Below are positions 20,456-29,813 of a DNA stretch of 64,000 nt, piece by piece (within the stretch, counting starts at the first letter, position 1; each line of letters starts with the position of its first letter). The DNA comes from Trueperaceae bacterium (GTDB lineage: Bacteria > Deinococcota > Deinococci > Deinococcales > Trueperaceae): assembly GCA_965213705.1 (NCBI GenBank), contig OZ243913.1, forward strand, positions 2,432,001 to 2,496,000, read 5' to 3'. The notes beneath the pieces are model-generated. The model did no database searches, was not told the origin of the DNA, and saw nothing but the letters and a program-made list of their open reading frames with translations. Made by a program: the position numbers and the translations under genes.

Positions 20456-22296
20456 GCGGTGACCTCGGGACTGGTAGCCCCGGTCTCGGCCACGTCGGTC
20501 TCGGCCACGTCGGTCCCAATCACGTCGGTCTCGGCGCGCCCGGTGACGGTTTCCAACCCGAGTTCACCGAGTTGCGCGGTTTCCAAGGGGCTGGGCGCGT
20601 GGGTCAGCGGGTCCACGCCGCGCTGGTTTTTCGGAAACGCGATGACGTCGCGAATGCTCTTCGCGCCCGCCAAAAGCATGACCAACCGGTCCAAACCCCA
20701 GGCGACGCCGCCGTGGGGCGGCGCGCCGTAACGAAGGGCGTCCAGGAAAAAGCCGAAACGCCGCTGCGCTTCGGCCTCGGAAAACCCGAGCGCTTTGAAC
20801 ATGCGGCGCTGCACGTCCAGGCGATGAATCCGCAAGCTGCCGCCGCCGATTTCGTGGCCGTTCAGAACAAGGTCGTAGGCGTAAGCCTTGACGCTGCCGG
20901 GGTCGCTCTCGAGCCGTTCCAAGTCCGCTTCGACCGGTTGCGTAAAGGGGTGGTGCATGTAGGTAAAACCGCCGGAGGCGTCGGCTTCCAGCAGCGGAAA
21001 GTCCAGCACCCACAAAAATGCCAAAATCGTTTCGTCGGCGAGGTCCAAGTCGCGTCCGAGTTTGAGGCGCACCGCGCCCAAGGCTTCGCACGCCGCTCGC
21101 CAAGCGTCGGTCACTATCAACAGCAAGTCCCCGTCGGCCAGGCTCGCCAGCAGGTCGGCCCGTTCGGCGTCGCTCAAAAACTTGGCAATCGGCCCGCTCA
21201 GCTCGCCGCCCGCGCGGCGCAGCCAGGCCAACGCCTTCGCGCCGTGCGTTTTGGCGTGAGCCTCGAGGGCGTCTACACCCTTGCGGGACAGGTTGCCCGC
21301 CAGTTCCGCAGGCACCCGCAACGCCTTGACCGCGCCGCCCGCGGCCAGCGCTCCGGCAAAGCCGCGAAACTCGGTGTTTTGAAACGTGTTCGACAAGTCG
21401 CTCAGCTCGAGTCCGAAGCGCACGTCGGGTTTGTCCGAACCGTAGCGGTTCATCGCGTCCTCAAAGGACAAGCGCGCAAAGGGCGTGGCGACACTGCGCC
21501 CCAACGCCTCTTGCACCACGTACTGCATCAAACCCTCGTTGAGCGTCAACACGTCGTCCTGGTCGACGAACGACATTTCCAGGTCGAGCTGGGTAAAGTC
21601 GGGCTGGCGGTCGGCGCGCAGGTCTTCGTCGCGAAAACAGCGCGCGATTTGAAAGTAGCGGTCGAAACCCGCCATCATCAGCATTTGTTTGAACAGCTGC
21701 GGGGACTGCGGCAGCGCGTAAAAGCTTCCCGGGCTGAGCCGCGACGGCACCACGAAGTCGCGCGCGCCTTCGGGTGTGGACAGGGTCAAGAGCGGCGTTT
21801 CGACCTGGACGAAACCCGCCTCGTCCAAATAGTCCCAAACGGCTTTGGAAACGACGTGGCGCAGTAGCAGCGGTGCGGCCGCCTCGGGTCGGCGCAGGTC
21901 CAGGTACCGGTGCTTGAGCCGCAACTCTTCGCTGACCTCGCCGGCGTCCACGCTGCCGTCGACCAAAAAGGGCGGCGTCTCGGCTTCGGACAGCACGGTG
22001 AGGCGGTTGACGAGAACCTCAACTTCACCGGTTTCACGTTTGCCGCTGCGCTGGCCTTCGGGCCGCAAACGAACTGTCCCGGCCAGCTCTACGACGTACT
22101 CGCTCCGCACCTGTTCGGCCGTGGCAAAAGCGTCGCTCTCAGGCTCGACGACCACCTGAACCAGTCCGCCGCGGTCGCGCAGGTCGATAAAGACGAGACC
22201 GCCTAAGTCGCGGCGGCGGTTGACCCAGCCTTGCAGGACAACGGGCTCGCCCACGTGTTCGGCGCGCAAGTCGCCCGCGTAGTGTGTGCGTTTCAT
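20452..22296 (-). CDS. aspS: Aspartate--tRNA ligase
   Basis: [29 protein letters not shown] and GAPPHGG motifs. Confidence 0.97.
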   Translation of the reverse strand: MKRTHYAGDLRAEHVGEPVVLQGWVNRRRDLGGLVFIDLRDRGGLVQVVVEPESDAFATAEQVRSEYVVELAGTVRLRPEGQRSGKRETGEVEVLVNRLTVLSEAETPPFLVDGSVDAGEVSEELRLKHRYLDLRRPEAAAPLLLRHVVSKAVWDYLDEAGFVQVETPLLTLSTPEGARDFVVPSRLSPGSFYALPQSPQLFKQMLMMAGFDRYFQIARCFRDEDLRADRQPDFTQLDLEMSFVDQDDVLTLNEGLMQYVVQEALGRSVATPFARLSFEDAMNRYGSDKPDVRFGLELSDLSNTFQNTEFRGFAGALAAGGAVKALRVPAELAGNLSRKGVDALEAHAKTHGAKALAWLRRAGGELSGPIAKFLSDAERADLLASLADGDLLLIVTDAWRAACEALGAVRLKLGRDLDLADETILAFLWVLDFPLLEADASGGFTYMHHPFTQPVEADLERLESDPGSVKAYAYDLVLNGHEIGGGSLRIHRLDVQRRMFKALGFSEAEAQRRFGFFLDALRYGAPPHGGVAWGLDRLVMLLAGAKSIRDVIAFPKNQRGVDPLTHAPSPLETAQLGELGLETVTGRAETDVIGTDVAETDVAETGATSPEVTA

Positions 22297-22409
22297 GGTT
22301 CACCTGGTCTTTCACTAATGTTCGGGGCAAGTTTGACCTACTCGGGCAACCACAAGGAGACGACTGCACCGAAAAAGAGTCTAGCCGGATTCACGACCTC
22401 AGAGTGTAA

Positions 22410-23516
22410 TACGAATTCCGAGTATTTCCGCATCACACTCTGGGCCACCAGTGGTAGAGGGTTTCGCTGGAGAGTAGCTGGGGCTGGGTCAGTAGAAAAG
22501 CGCAGCGTTCACTAAGCTGCTGTTGGAGTTGGTCAAGGGTGTCGAAGGTTTTGTTGACAAGCGGCTCGTCGGTTAGCCGCCATAACCTTTCGGCGGGTTG
22601 CAACTCGGGTGAGTAGGGCGGCAGGTCGATGAGTTCGATGCCTGAGGGAGGCTCGAGGCGCTTAGAGGTATGCCAACCGGCTTGGTCTTGCAACAGTAAG
22701 ATGTGTTTATGCTCAGAAGCGCCGACACTTTGAGCGAAGTTTTTTAGAACGCAGCTGTAAGCCTCTACACTTACCGTCGGCAAGATGTACCAAACGCTTT
22801 GACCGCTTTGCGGATTCACAAACGCCCACAAGTACAGCCACTGGTAACGGTGCTGCACACGGATGATAGGACGTTGGCCTCTTGATTCCCAAACTTTACG
22901 CAAAATAGGTTTGAGGCCGAGCCGGTGCTCGTCCATCGTCCAAACTTCAACCTGTTCGTGTTGTTGACGAGCTTGGGCTACAAGAGTCGGGAGGGTGTTT
23001 TTTTGAACTCGTCTTGCAAGGCCAGGTCAGCTTTGGCGTGCTGGGGACGTGGGCTCTGCAGGCTGAAGCCGAGCGTGTCGAGCAGTTCATAGGCTCTTTG
23101 CAGGTAAACCTCTTTGTCCAAGTTCTCTTTAATCCAACGTTGAATCCTGATAGCGCTCCACACACCCTCTTCCTCGCGGTTCGCTTGTATTGCCCTTAAA
23201 AGTTGAGCGCGTTCGCTTTCATCAAGAAGCGGTGGACAACCGGGATTTTCATGGCGGCGGTCACGCAAGCCTACTAGCCCTTCAGTGTTGTAACGCTTGA
23301 CGACTTCGCAGATGCTGATACGGTTGTAGGCCGTGAGCTTGACTACTTCGCCGCGGCTTTTGCCCTCGGCTAAAAACCAAACCACCTGAAGTCTGCGCCG
23401 TTCGACCGCGTCGCCGCTGGCCCGGTAGTAAGCTCGTAGTTCTTCGACGCTGTGTTGCAGTTTGAGCGGGATGAGCTTAGCCATGAGCAATGATAGCGGA
23501 TTTTTAGGAAACCGTA
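22410..23516 (-). mobile_element. IS630-family insertion sequence
   Basis: Imperfect terminal inverted repeats TACGAATTCC / TACGGTTTCC; flanking TAA direct repeats; two-ORF transposase. Confidence 0.88.
22433..23484 (-). CDS. IS630 transposase (orfA 22978-23484 HTH joined to DDE orfB by a -1 frameshift)
   Basis: DEHRLG, DQAGWH and LPPYSPELQPAE motifs; A7 run at 22998-23004 joins the frames. Confidence 0.88.
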
Positions 23517-23614
23517 TAACACCGTTCAGTTCGTCGCCGGCGTGCCCTAAAAAAGGCGGTTGCCTTGGGGCAGCCGCCTCGAGTCTCTCAAAATACTCAG
23601 GACAGGTCAAAGGG

Positions 23615-23974
23615 TCACGGCAGGTTCGCGGGCAACCCGTTGCTGCGCACGCCGTCGACCATGACAAAAATGAAGCCCGAGCCCGCCCCGTCGGGAATGC
23701 CGACCTCGATGCGCGACGGGCTCCAGCTGAGGGCGTTGACCCGCACGCCGCCCCGGCCGGCCACGTCGGCGCCCAAAAGGACGTAGCTGTCGGCAGCTTG
23801 TCCCAACAAACCGTCGCCGAAATAGCGCCCCTGCAGCACGACCGGAGCGTCGCGCGTTTGGGGAGCGGTCACCGAATACAGCGTCGGCAAGACCTGGTTC
23901 TCGATGCTGACCGTGGGCGCGCAGGCCGCCAACAGCAGCAGCAGACCTCCCAGCCCTAGCTTCAAAACCTTCAC
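23615..23974 (-). CDS. Small lipoprotein with IPT/TIG-like domain
   Basis: GGAGG then GTG at 23974; lipobox LAAC; 'WSPSRIEV.IP..AGSG...V...GVRSN' pattern. Confidence 0.7.
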   Translation of the reverse strand: MKVLKLGLGGLLLLLAACAPTVSIENQVLPTLYSVTAPQTRDAPVVLQGRYFGDGLLGQAADSYVLLGADVAGRGGVRVNALSWSPSRIEVGIPDGAGSGFIFVMVDGVRSNGLPANLP

Positions 23975-24125
23975 ATGAGCCTCCTGCGAGCATGGTAAGC
24001 CCACCGTGCGAGCACCGTCGGTGCAAAGTTTCATAGTCATGGTTTCATAATCACGGTTTTAGAGTCACGCGTGTGGCGTCACGACCGACTCGGGGCCGCG
24101 CTCTTTTCGCGGACCTGCGGCCGCC

Positions 24126-25070
24126 CTACGCCGCACCCGACACGGGCCGGGCCTCGGTCAGCTCTTTGGCCTCGGCGTACTTCCGCGGTACCACCAAGAG
24201 CGCGCCGCCCGGCACCACGCGGGCGCTAAAGGGCGTTTCGCCGACCGCCTCGCCGTCCAGCTCGAGCTTTAAAGGCGGGTCCGCCTCGACGCGCACCTCG
24301 GAACCCGAAAAATACTGCAGGTCGCGGTAGTTTTCAAACCGCTTGGTGGCGAGCCGGAACACGAGTTTGAGAATTCCGCCGAAACTGTTCGGCGAGGCGA
24401 CGGCTAAGTTCAGCTTGCCGTCGTGCGGGTTCATGTCTTTGCCGAGCGCGAAGCCGGTCCCCAAAATTTCGCCGACGTTGACGAGCATCACCGTGTGCGC
24501 TCGGAACCTATGGGTCTCGCCGTCCAGCTCGAGCGTGATGCTCGAGCGCTTTAAGTTGTAGAGGTTTTTGACGCCGGTCACCACGTACGCAAAAAAGCCC
24601 AAACGGTTTTTGATTTCTCGCGAGGCGTCTTCTATGAGCGAGGCGTCCCAACCCGCCCCGGCCACGAGCGAGAAGTAGAGGTCTTTTTCGGGCAAATAGC
24701 CCACGTCGAGCGGGACGACGACGCCGTTTAGGGCGACCTCCAGGGCCTCTTCCACGTTCACCGGAATGCCGAGGGCTCTAGCCAGCAAGTTGGCCGTACC
24801 GCCGGGCAACTGCGCCAAAGGGATGTCGCGCTCGTTGTTGATGAGGCCGGTCATCGTTTCCATCACCGTGCCGTCGCCCCCGTAGACGAGGACGAGGTCG
24901 GTGTCGGCCTCTTCGGCCCACGTCCTGGCGTCGCCTTCGCCCTTGGTTTCACGCACCTCGAACGTGACTCCGGCAGCTTCTAGGTACGTTTCGACTTGAC
25001 CTCGTAACGCGTCATGGTCTTTCTGCCCCGAAACCGGGTTCATGATAATGAGCGCGCGCGTGTTCGACAT
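24126..25070 (-). CDS. Diacylglycerol/lipid kinase family protein
   Basis: NPVSG, GGDGT, PGGTAN and DGE motifs. Confidence 0.9.
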   Translation of the reverse strand: MSNTRALIIMNPVSGQKDHDALRGQVETYLEAAGVTFEVRETKGEGDARTWAEEADTDLVLVYGGDGTVMETMTGLINNERDIPLAQLPGGTANLLARALGIPVNVEEALEVALNGVVVPLDVGYLPEKDLYFSLVAGAGWDASLIEDASREIKNRLGFFAYVVTGVKNLYNLKRSSITLELDGETHRFRAHTVMLVNVGEILGTGFALGKDMNPHDGKLNLAVASPNSFGGILKLVFRLATKRFENYRDLQYFSGSEVRVEADPPLKLELDGEAVGETPFSARVVPGGALLVVPRKYAEAKELTEARPVSGAA

Positions 25071-25200
25071 GGCAATCCCCTTTGCTGCTCAAGCGTTGGT
25101 GAGCCCCGGGTCGTATTGTATTGTGTCTTCAAGGGTTACCTGTGTCTTCAACGGGCTGTGTCTGCAACGGCCGCCGGGGAACCGTAAACGGGTTCGCGCC

Positions 25201-26166
25201 TCACCCGCGCTTTTCGGGCGCAGGCAACCACAGCTCGAGCGCTCTAGGCAACACTTCGACCCTCAAGGTCGCGGCTGTCAGCCGGTCCGTTGCCAGCCGG
25301 TCCGTTGCCAGCCGGTCCGTCGGCAGGGCTTCGGCGCGCGCCGCCCCAAGGTGCCCGCGCACCTCCGCGTCCGCGTGCAGCGGCTCACCGTGCCAAGTCA
25401 GGGTTACTTCTTTCGCCAACATGCGCCGAACGTTGGGTAAATTTTCGAACTTGCCCTGCAACAGGCTCGTGGCGTAGTCGAACAGGGTCACGTTTTCGGG
25501 CTCGAGGACCAGCACCACGTCAAAACGGCCGTCGGTCGGGTCGGCCTGGGGGGCCAGGGCCAAACGCGGCCCGGTTTCTTGGGTGTTGAGCACTTCTAAG
25601 GCGACGTAACGGCCCGACACGTCCCGGCCGTCGACCGCGACTTGCCAGTGGCGCGCCTCGTACGCGATGAGGATATCGCGTACGGACCTCGACGCGCGCA
25701 CCACGCTCTTGCCCAGTTCCGGGTCGTAGTCCTCCAGCAGGTCGGCAAAAAGCCCGACCCCCAGCGCTTCCAAAAAGTACGTCTCGCCCCAGGGACCCGT
25801 CACCTTGCCCACGTCATAGCGGCAGCGCCGCGCGCGCTCGAGGCCGCGGACAATGTCCAAAGGTTTTCCCGCAACGCCCAGCGTGCGCGCAACGTTGTTG
25901 GATGTTCCGGCCGGGATGATTGCCAGGGCGGTTTCGCTGTCGAGAAGCCGCGTCGCCACCGCGCGCACCGTGCCGTCGCCGCCGACCGCGACCACCAGTT
26001 CGCCGGGGTCTCTCAAGGCAAGGTCCAGGTCGGCCTCGCCTTCGGTGTAAGGGTAAACGGCGTGAAAGCCCTCGTCGTAAAGTGCTTTCAAAAGGTCGTG
26101 GGGGGACACCCCGCCGGCCCCGCCTGAGTTCGGGTTATAAATGAGGGTCGCTTTTCGTTTCGTCAT
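25201..26166 (-). CDS. Diacylglycerol/lipid kinase family protein (second paralog)
   Basis: NPNSG, GGDGT and PAGTSN motifs. Confidence 0.88.
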   Translation of the reverse strand: MTKRKATLIYNPNSGGAGGVSPHDLLKALYDEGFHAVYPYTEGEADLDLALRDPGELVVAVGGDGTVRAVATRLLDSETALAIIPAGTSNNVARTLGVAGKPLDIVRGLERARRCRYDVGKVTGPWGETYFLEALGVGLFADLLEDYDPELGKSVVRASRSVRDILIAYEARHWQVAVDGRDVSGRYVALEVLNTQETGPRLALAPQADPTDGRFDVVLVLEPENVTLFDYATSLLQGKFENLPNVRRMLAKEVTLTWHGEPLHADAEVRGHLGAARAEALPTDRLATDRLATDRLTAATLRVEVLPRALELWLPAPEKRG

Positions 26167-26420
26167 CGGTTCTCGGTCAAGCCTCGGTTGTCAAACTTTA
26201 GTCTTCGCGTGTTTTTCAGTCGCCGGGTCGCGGCCGGCAAAGCCGGGGCGTTCGGGCTACACGGGTTTCTCTTCAACTATAAGACACCGCAAAGCTACAA
26301 GCGAGCACAGGTTACCGTGCCGCGGTGTAGCTCGGGATACCCGTGTAGCACTTTAGCCTACGCGGGCCTTCTAAGGTGAGCGCACCGCGCGGTGCTGTGC
26401 AGTGCTGTAAACTGGCCTGA

Positions 26421-26921
26421 ATGACGGGTTTGCGACGCCACCTCGCCTCGTTTTCGCGGTTGCATTTTTCACGGCTGCGTTTTTCGCTGCGCCCTTTTTT
26501 GGGGGAGTCGTGGCGAGGGTGGCGCTGGGCCGTTGCGGGCGTCTTTGCGCTCCTCGGCCTGCTCGTAACGGTCGTCTACCTTAGCCGACCCGCGCCGGCG
26601 ACCGACCCGGCTAGGGCCTTGACCGCCGAAGCCCAGGTGTACTTGCAAGACGCCGAAGTCGCGGCGCGTTTAGCCGTTCTTAAAACCTACCTGACAAACC
26701 GGCGCGACGCAGCCGAGCTTCAACCGCTCTACACGTCGGCCGCCGACTTGCTGAGGACGAGTCACGCGGCGCTGCCTGTGGACAGCCCGTTACCGAGCTG
26801 GGCGGACCTGGAGCCCACGGTCACCCGCCTCGGCGTGCAGCTTGCCGACGGCGACGCTGAGGCCGTGACCACGTTGGACACGCTGCTGACCATCCTCGCC
26901 GGGGCCTCACCCAAACGGTAA
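26421..26921 (+). CDS. Hypothetical membrane-anchored protein
   Basis: One hydrophobic segment; TAAACT 7 nt before ATG. Confidence 0.55.
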   Translation: MTGLRRHLASFSRLHFSRLRFSLRPFLGESWRGWRWAVAGVFALLGLLVTVVYLSRPAPATDPARALTAEAQVYLQDAEVAARLAVLKTYLTNRRDAAELQPLYTSAADLLRTSHAALPVDSPLPSWADLEPTVTRLGVQLADGDAEAVTTLDTLLTILAGASPKR

Positions 26922-26974
26922 ACGACTCCAAAGCTCGCGCGCCGTGGCGGCCCGTCTGTGGCGCCGGTTCGCTC

Positions 26975-28051
26975 CTACGGCCCCGACGGGCGCTTGTACC
27001 AAGGACTGTCGACGTAGTAACTCGTGTAGAGCACCTTCAAAAAAGCCGCCACGGGCACGGCCAGCAACGCACCGAGAAACCCGAACAACGCCGCACCCAG
27101 CAAAATCGCGAAGATGACCGTCACCGGGTCGAGCGCGATGAGTTTGGAAAACACCAGCGGCGTCAGCAGGTGACCGTCTACCTGGTTGACCGCCACGAGA
27201 ACGACCAGGGCGGCGACCACGACCGTGCTCCCTTGCGTCGACGCCAACAGCACGGTCGGCACGGCCGTCAGGATGGGACCTAAAAAAGGTATCAGGTTGA
27301 ACAGCCCGGCCAAAACGCCGAGGGCCAAGGCCAACGGGACGCCCACCACGCTCAAACCCAGAAAGGTCAGGACGCCGACGCACAGGGCGATAAGGACCTG
27401 TCCCCGCACGTAACTGCCCACCGAAGTCCCGGCCGTCGTGACCAGGTTTTCGACCAAAGGCCGGTGCCGGTGCGGAAAAGCGCGCAAAAAACTGCGCGTG
27501 TAAACGGGAAAGTTGTAGAGCAAGTACAGCGTGAGGACGAACACGACGCCCACCTGCGCGCCGCTGCCCGCGACCCTCAGCAAGGTCTCGGTCGGTCCTG
27601 CGTCACCGCCCGCTGCCGTGAGTTGGGGCAGCAACTGGGTGGTGAGGTAAAGGCTGAACTTTTGCAAGTTGATGTAAACCTGTTGAAAGACCGCGCCGAA
27701 GCGGGGGTCGAACTGCCGCGCCAGCAAGTAGGGCAGGTCTTGAACGGTGGCGACGATGCCCGGTAGCTTCAGCACAAAGGTGGAAAGCTGGGCCGACACC
27801 TGAATGCCGAGCAGCCACAGTAGCGCCCCGACGCCGAGCAGCGCGGCAACGACAGCCGCGACGCCGACGGCCCGGTGAAACCTTTTGGATACCGAGGTGA
27901 CGAACGGGTTGAGAAGGTAAGCGAGCAGGTAGGCTACTAAAAAGCTCACCCACACCTCGCGCGTTTTGTCAAAAAGAAAGTAAAGCGCAACGCCGGCCGC
28001 GGCGATAAACAGAAATCGTAAATAAGCGTTGTCCCACAGCTTGCCGAACAT
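26975..28051 (-). CDS. AI-2E family transporter
   Basis: LAYLLNP, YVRGQ and NLIPFLGP motifs; ATG at 28051. Confidence 0.9.
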   Translation of the reverse strand: MFGKLWDNAYLRFLFIAAAGVALYFLFDKTREVWVSFLVAYLLAYLLNPFVTSVSKRFHRAVGVAAVVAALLGVGALLWLLGIQVSAQLSTFVLKLPGIVATVQDLPYLLARQFDPRFGAVFQQVYINLQKFSLYLTTQLLPQLTAAGGDAGPTETLLRVAGSGAQVGVVFVLTLYLLYNFPVYTRSFLRAFPHRHRPLVENLVTTAGTSVGSYVRGQVLIALCVGVLTFLGLSVVGVPLALALGVLAGLFNLIPFLGPILTAVPTVLLASTQGSTVVVAALVVLVAVNQVDGHLLTPLVFSKLIALDPVTVIFAILLGAALFGFLGALLAVPVAAFLKVLYTSYYVDSPWYKRPSGP

Positions 28052-28064
28052 GCTCAACCGGCCC

Positions 28065-29252
28065 TCACGGCCCGAAGGGGCCGCGCACAACGGCGTCGAC
28101 GGTCGGGAGCGGCGTCAAAAACTGGTCGTTGAGCGTGCCGACAAGGTAGAGCGTGTATAGGGCGCCGGGGACCAGCTGCGTGTCTTGCACCGCCGCCAAC
28201 ACGAAGTCCGTACCTGCAAGCCGCACCTCGAGCGTCTGTCGTCCGGCCGCCAAGTCAAAGTAAGGCGAAGCGTCGGGAAAGCTCAAATCGCTCAGTACGG
28301 GCGCTCGCACGTCGTCGGTACCCGCGTCGTCGGCCCCCGCGTCTTTGCGGCTGACGACGTCTACGGCGTTGACGCCGGGCGCGGCGTGGACCACGCGCAA
28401 GAAGACTCGGCCCGCGGGGGGAATCGTCAAAACGTCCTCGTAGAGTTGCAGCTGCGTGCGGTGCCACACCGGCGCTCCGGCCGCTTGCGCCACAGGAGCG
28501 ACGGTGGCCGGGTTGTTCGCGGTCGGGGTGCCCGTGGCCGGGACGCCTGCGGTCGGTGCGCCGCCGTCACTGCGTTGCAGGTCGATGGGCAGCGTCGTCG
28601 TTTCGCCGGGGTTGACGCGCAGCTGCAGGGTTGCCGTCTGAAAGCCGTCCCGCGCGGCGGTCACGGTGTAGCGGCCGGGCTCGAGCCGTTCCAAGGTTTG
28701 CGACCGCTCGACCTCGACGGCAAACGAGCGCGGCCCGGTGATGCGCACCGCGGTACCTGGCTCGACCTCGACGTTGAGGCTGCCGCCGCGGTTTTGCGCG
28801 ACGGGGGGGTTGAAAAAGCCGGGCATCCCGAGCGTGTAGTAGCCGCCCGCCGCCAGGTCGACCGAGACGGTGAAGGGCTCGAGCGGCGCGACGCGGATTG
28901 CCGTGTCGCTGGCGTTTGGCGCTGCTGAGTCTGCTGACGAGTCTCCTTGCGCCGGTACCTGCTCGGCGCTTGCCGGAGCTGCCGACCCGTCTGTGGGTGC
29001 GGGCGAAGCTGCGGCGCGGTGGGGAAAAACCTTGACCTCGTGGCGACCGGCGGCGACGAACAAGTAGCCGCTGACGCCGCCGAAGGCCACGTCTTTGAGC
29101 AACAATCGTCCGTCGACGAGCACGTCGACGAGCGGAGCGTCGGGGGAGAGGTGCGCCAAGCGCAACGCGGCCACGCCGTCTTGGGCCAGGGCGAAACCGC
29201 CCAGCAAAAAGCCCACGACCGCCGTCAGCACCCGGTGTAGCGTCGTTGTCAC
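28065..29252 (-). CDS. Secreted DUF4397-like protein with internal PEGA-like domain
   Basis: Two 'R..H.(S/A)P.....DV' units flanking 'L.PG.Y.V....DGF'. Confidence 0.7.
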   Translation of the reverse strand: MTTTLHRVLTAVVGFLLGGFALAQDGVAALRLAHLSPDAPLVDVLVDGRLLLKDVAFGGVSGYLFVAAGRHEVKVFPHRAAASPAPTDGSAAPASAEQVPAQGDSSADSAAPNASDTAIRVAPLEPFTVSVDLAAGGYYTLGMPGFFNPPVAQNRGGSLNVEVEPGTAVRITGPRSFAVEVERSQTLERLEPGRYTVTAARDGFQTATLQLRVNPGETTTLPIDLQRSDGGAPTAGVPATGTPTANNPATVAPVAQAAGAPVWHRTQLQLYEDVLTIPPAGRVFLRVVHAAPGVNAVDVVSRKDAGADDAGTDDVRAPVLSDLSFPDASPYFDLAAGRQTLEVRLAGTDFVLAAVQDTQLVPGALYTLYLVGTLNDQFLTPLPTVDAVVRGPFGP

Positions 29253-29332
29253 GGTGTCTTTGTCACAGTGCCCTTGTCACGGTGTGTCTACTATGGTGTG
29301 CGTCTACCAAGGTGTCAACAACCCTCGTCAAC

Positions 29333-29620
29333 TCAGTCGGCCTTGAAGGTGATGACGCCCTCTTCGCCCGGCTTGGGCGCCGTCTCGACGAAGCGCAACA
29401 GCAGCGTTTTGGTGTCGCCGTCGCCGCGCCACTTCAGCACACTGCGCTCGAGCTTGTGCAGCAGGTCGTCGACCCGGCTGCCCCACTCGCTTAGGGCGCC
29501 GTCGACAATAACGGTCAGCCCCCCGGCCGCCATTTGCAGGGCCAACTCGTCGGCGGACAAAGCTGCGCACGCTTCTAAAGAGAGCGTCGGTGAGTCTTGT
29601 GGAACCGGTTTAGGTAGCAT
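29333..29620 (-). CDS. Hypothetical protein
   Basis: ATG at 29620 with GGAGG; 95 aa. Confidence 0.55.
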   Translation of the reverse strand: MLPKPVPQDSPTLSLEACAALSADELALQMAAGGLTVIVDGALSEWGSRVDDLLHKLERSVLKWRGDGDTKTLLLRFVETAPKPGEEGVITFKAD

Positions 29621-29733
29621 CGCAACCTCCTCAGCAAAAACCGCACGAGCAGTTCCCAAAGTATAGAGAATTTGCAACTTCGACCAGGTGTAAATGTACT
29701 CTTCCGGAAGTGATTCGGTCAAAAACCAATAAA

Positions 29734-29780
29734 GGAACAAAAATTGCACAAACAAGTTCATCGTGAAAGTTCTCACTTAA
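29734..29780 (-). repeat. Dispersed polar 47-bp site, copy 3 (just upstream of the smc promoter)
   Basis: - strand TTAAGTG-agaac-TTTCAC-gatgaacttgttt-GTGCAA-tttttgttcc. Confidence 0.78.
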
Positions 29781-29813
29781 GCACGCCTTCAACCTCTTGA
29801 GGTAGACTTTATC

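Noticed and set aside
23485..23667. N-terminal extension of IS orfA to 229 aa
   Set aside because: Crosses the IS boundary; ATG at 23484 has its own -10 box
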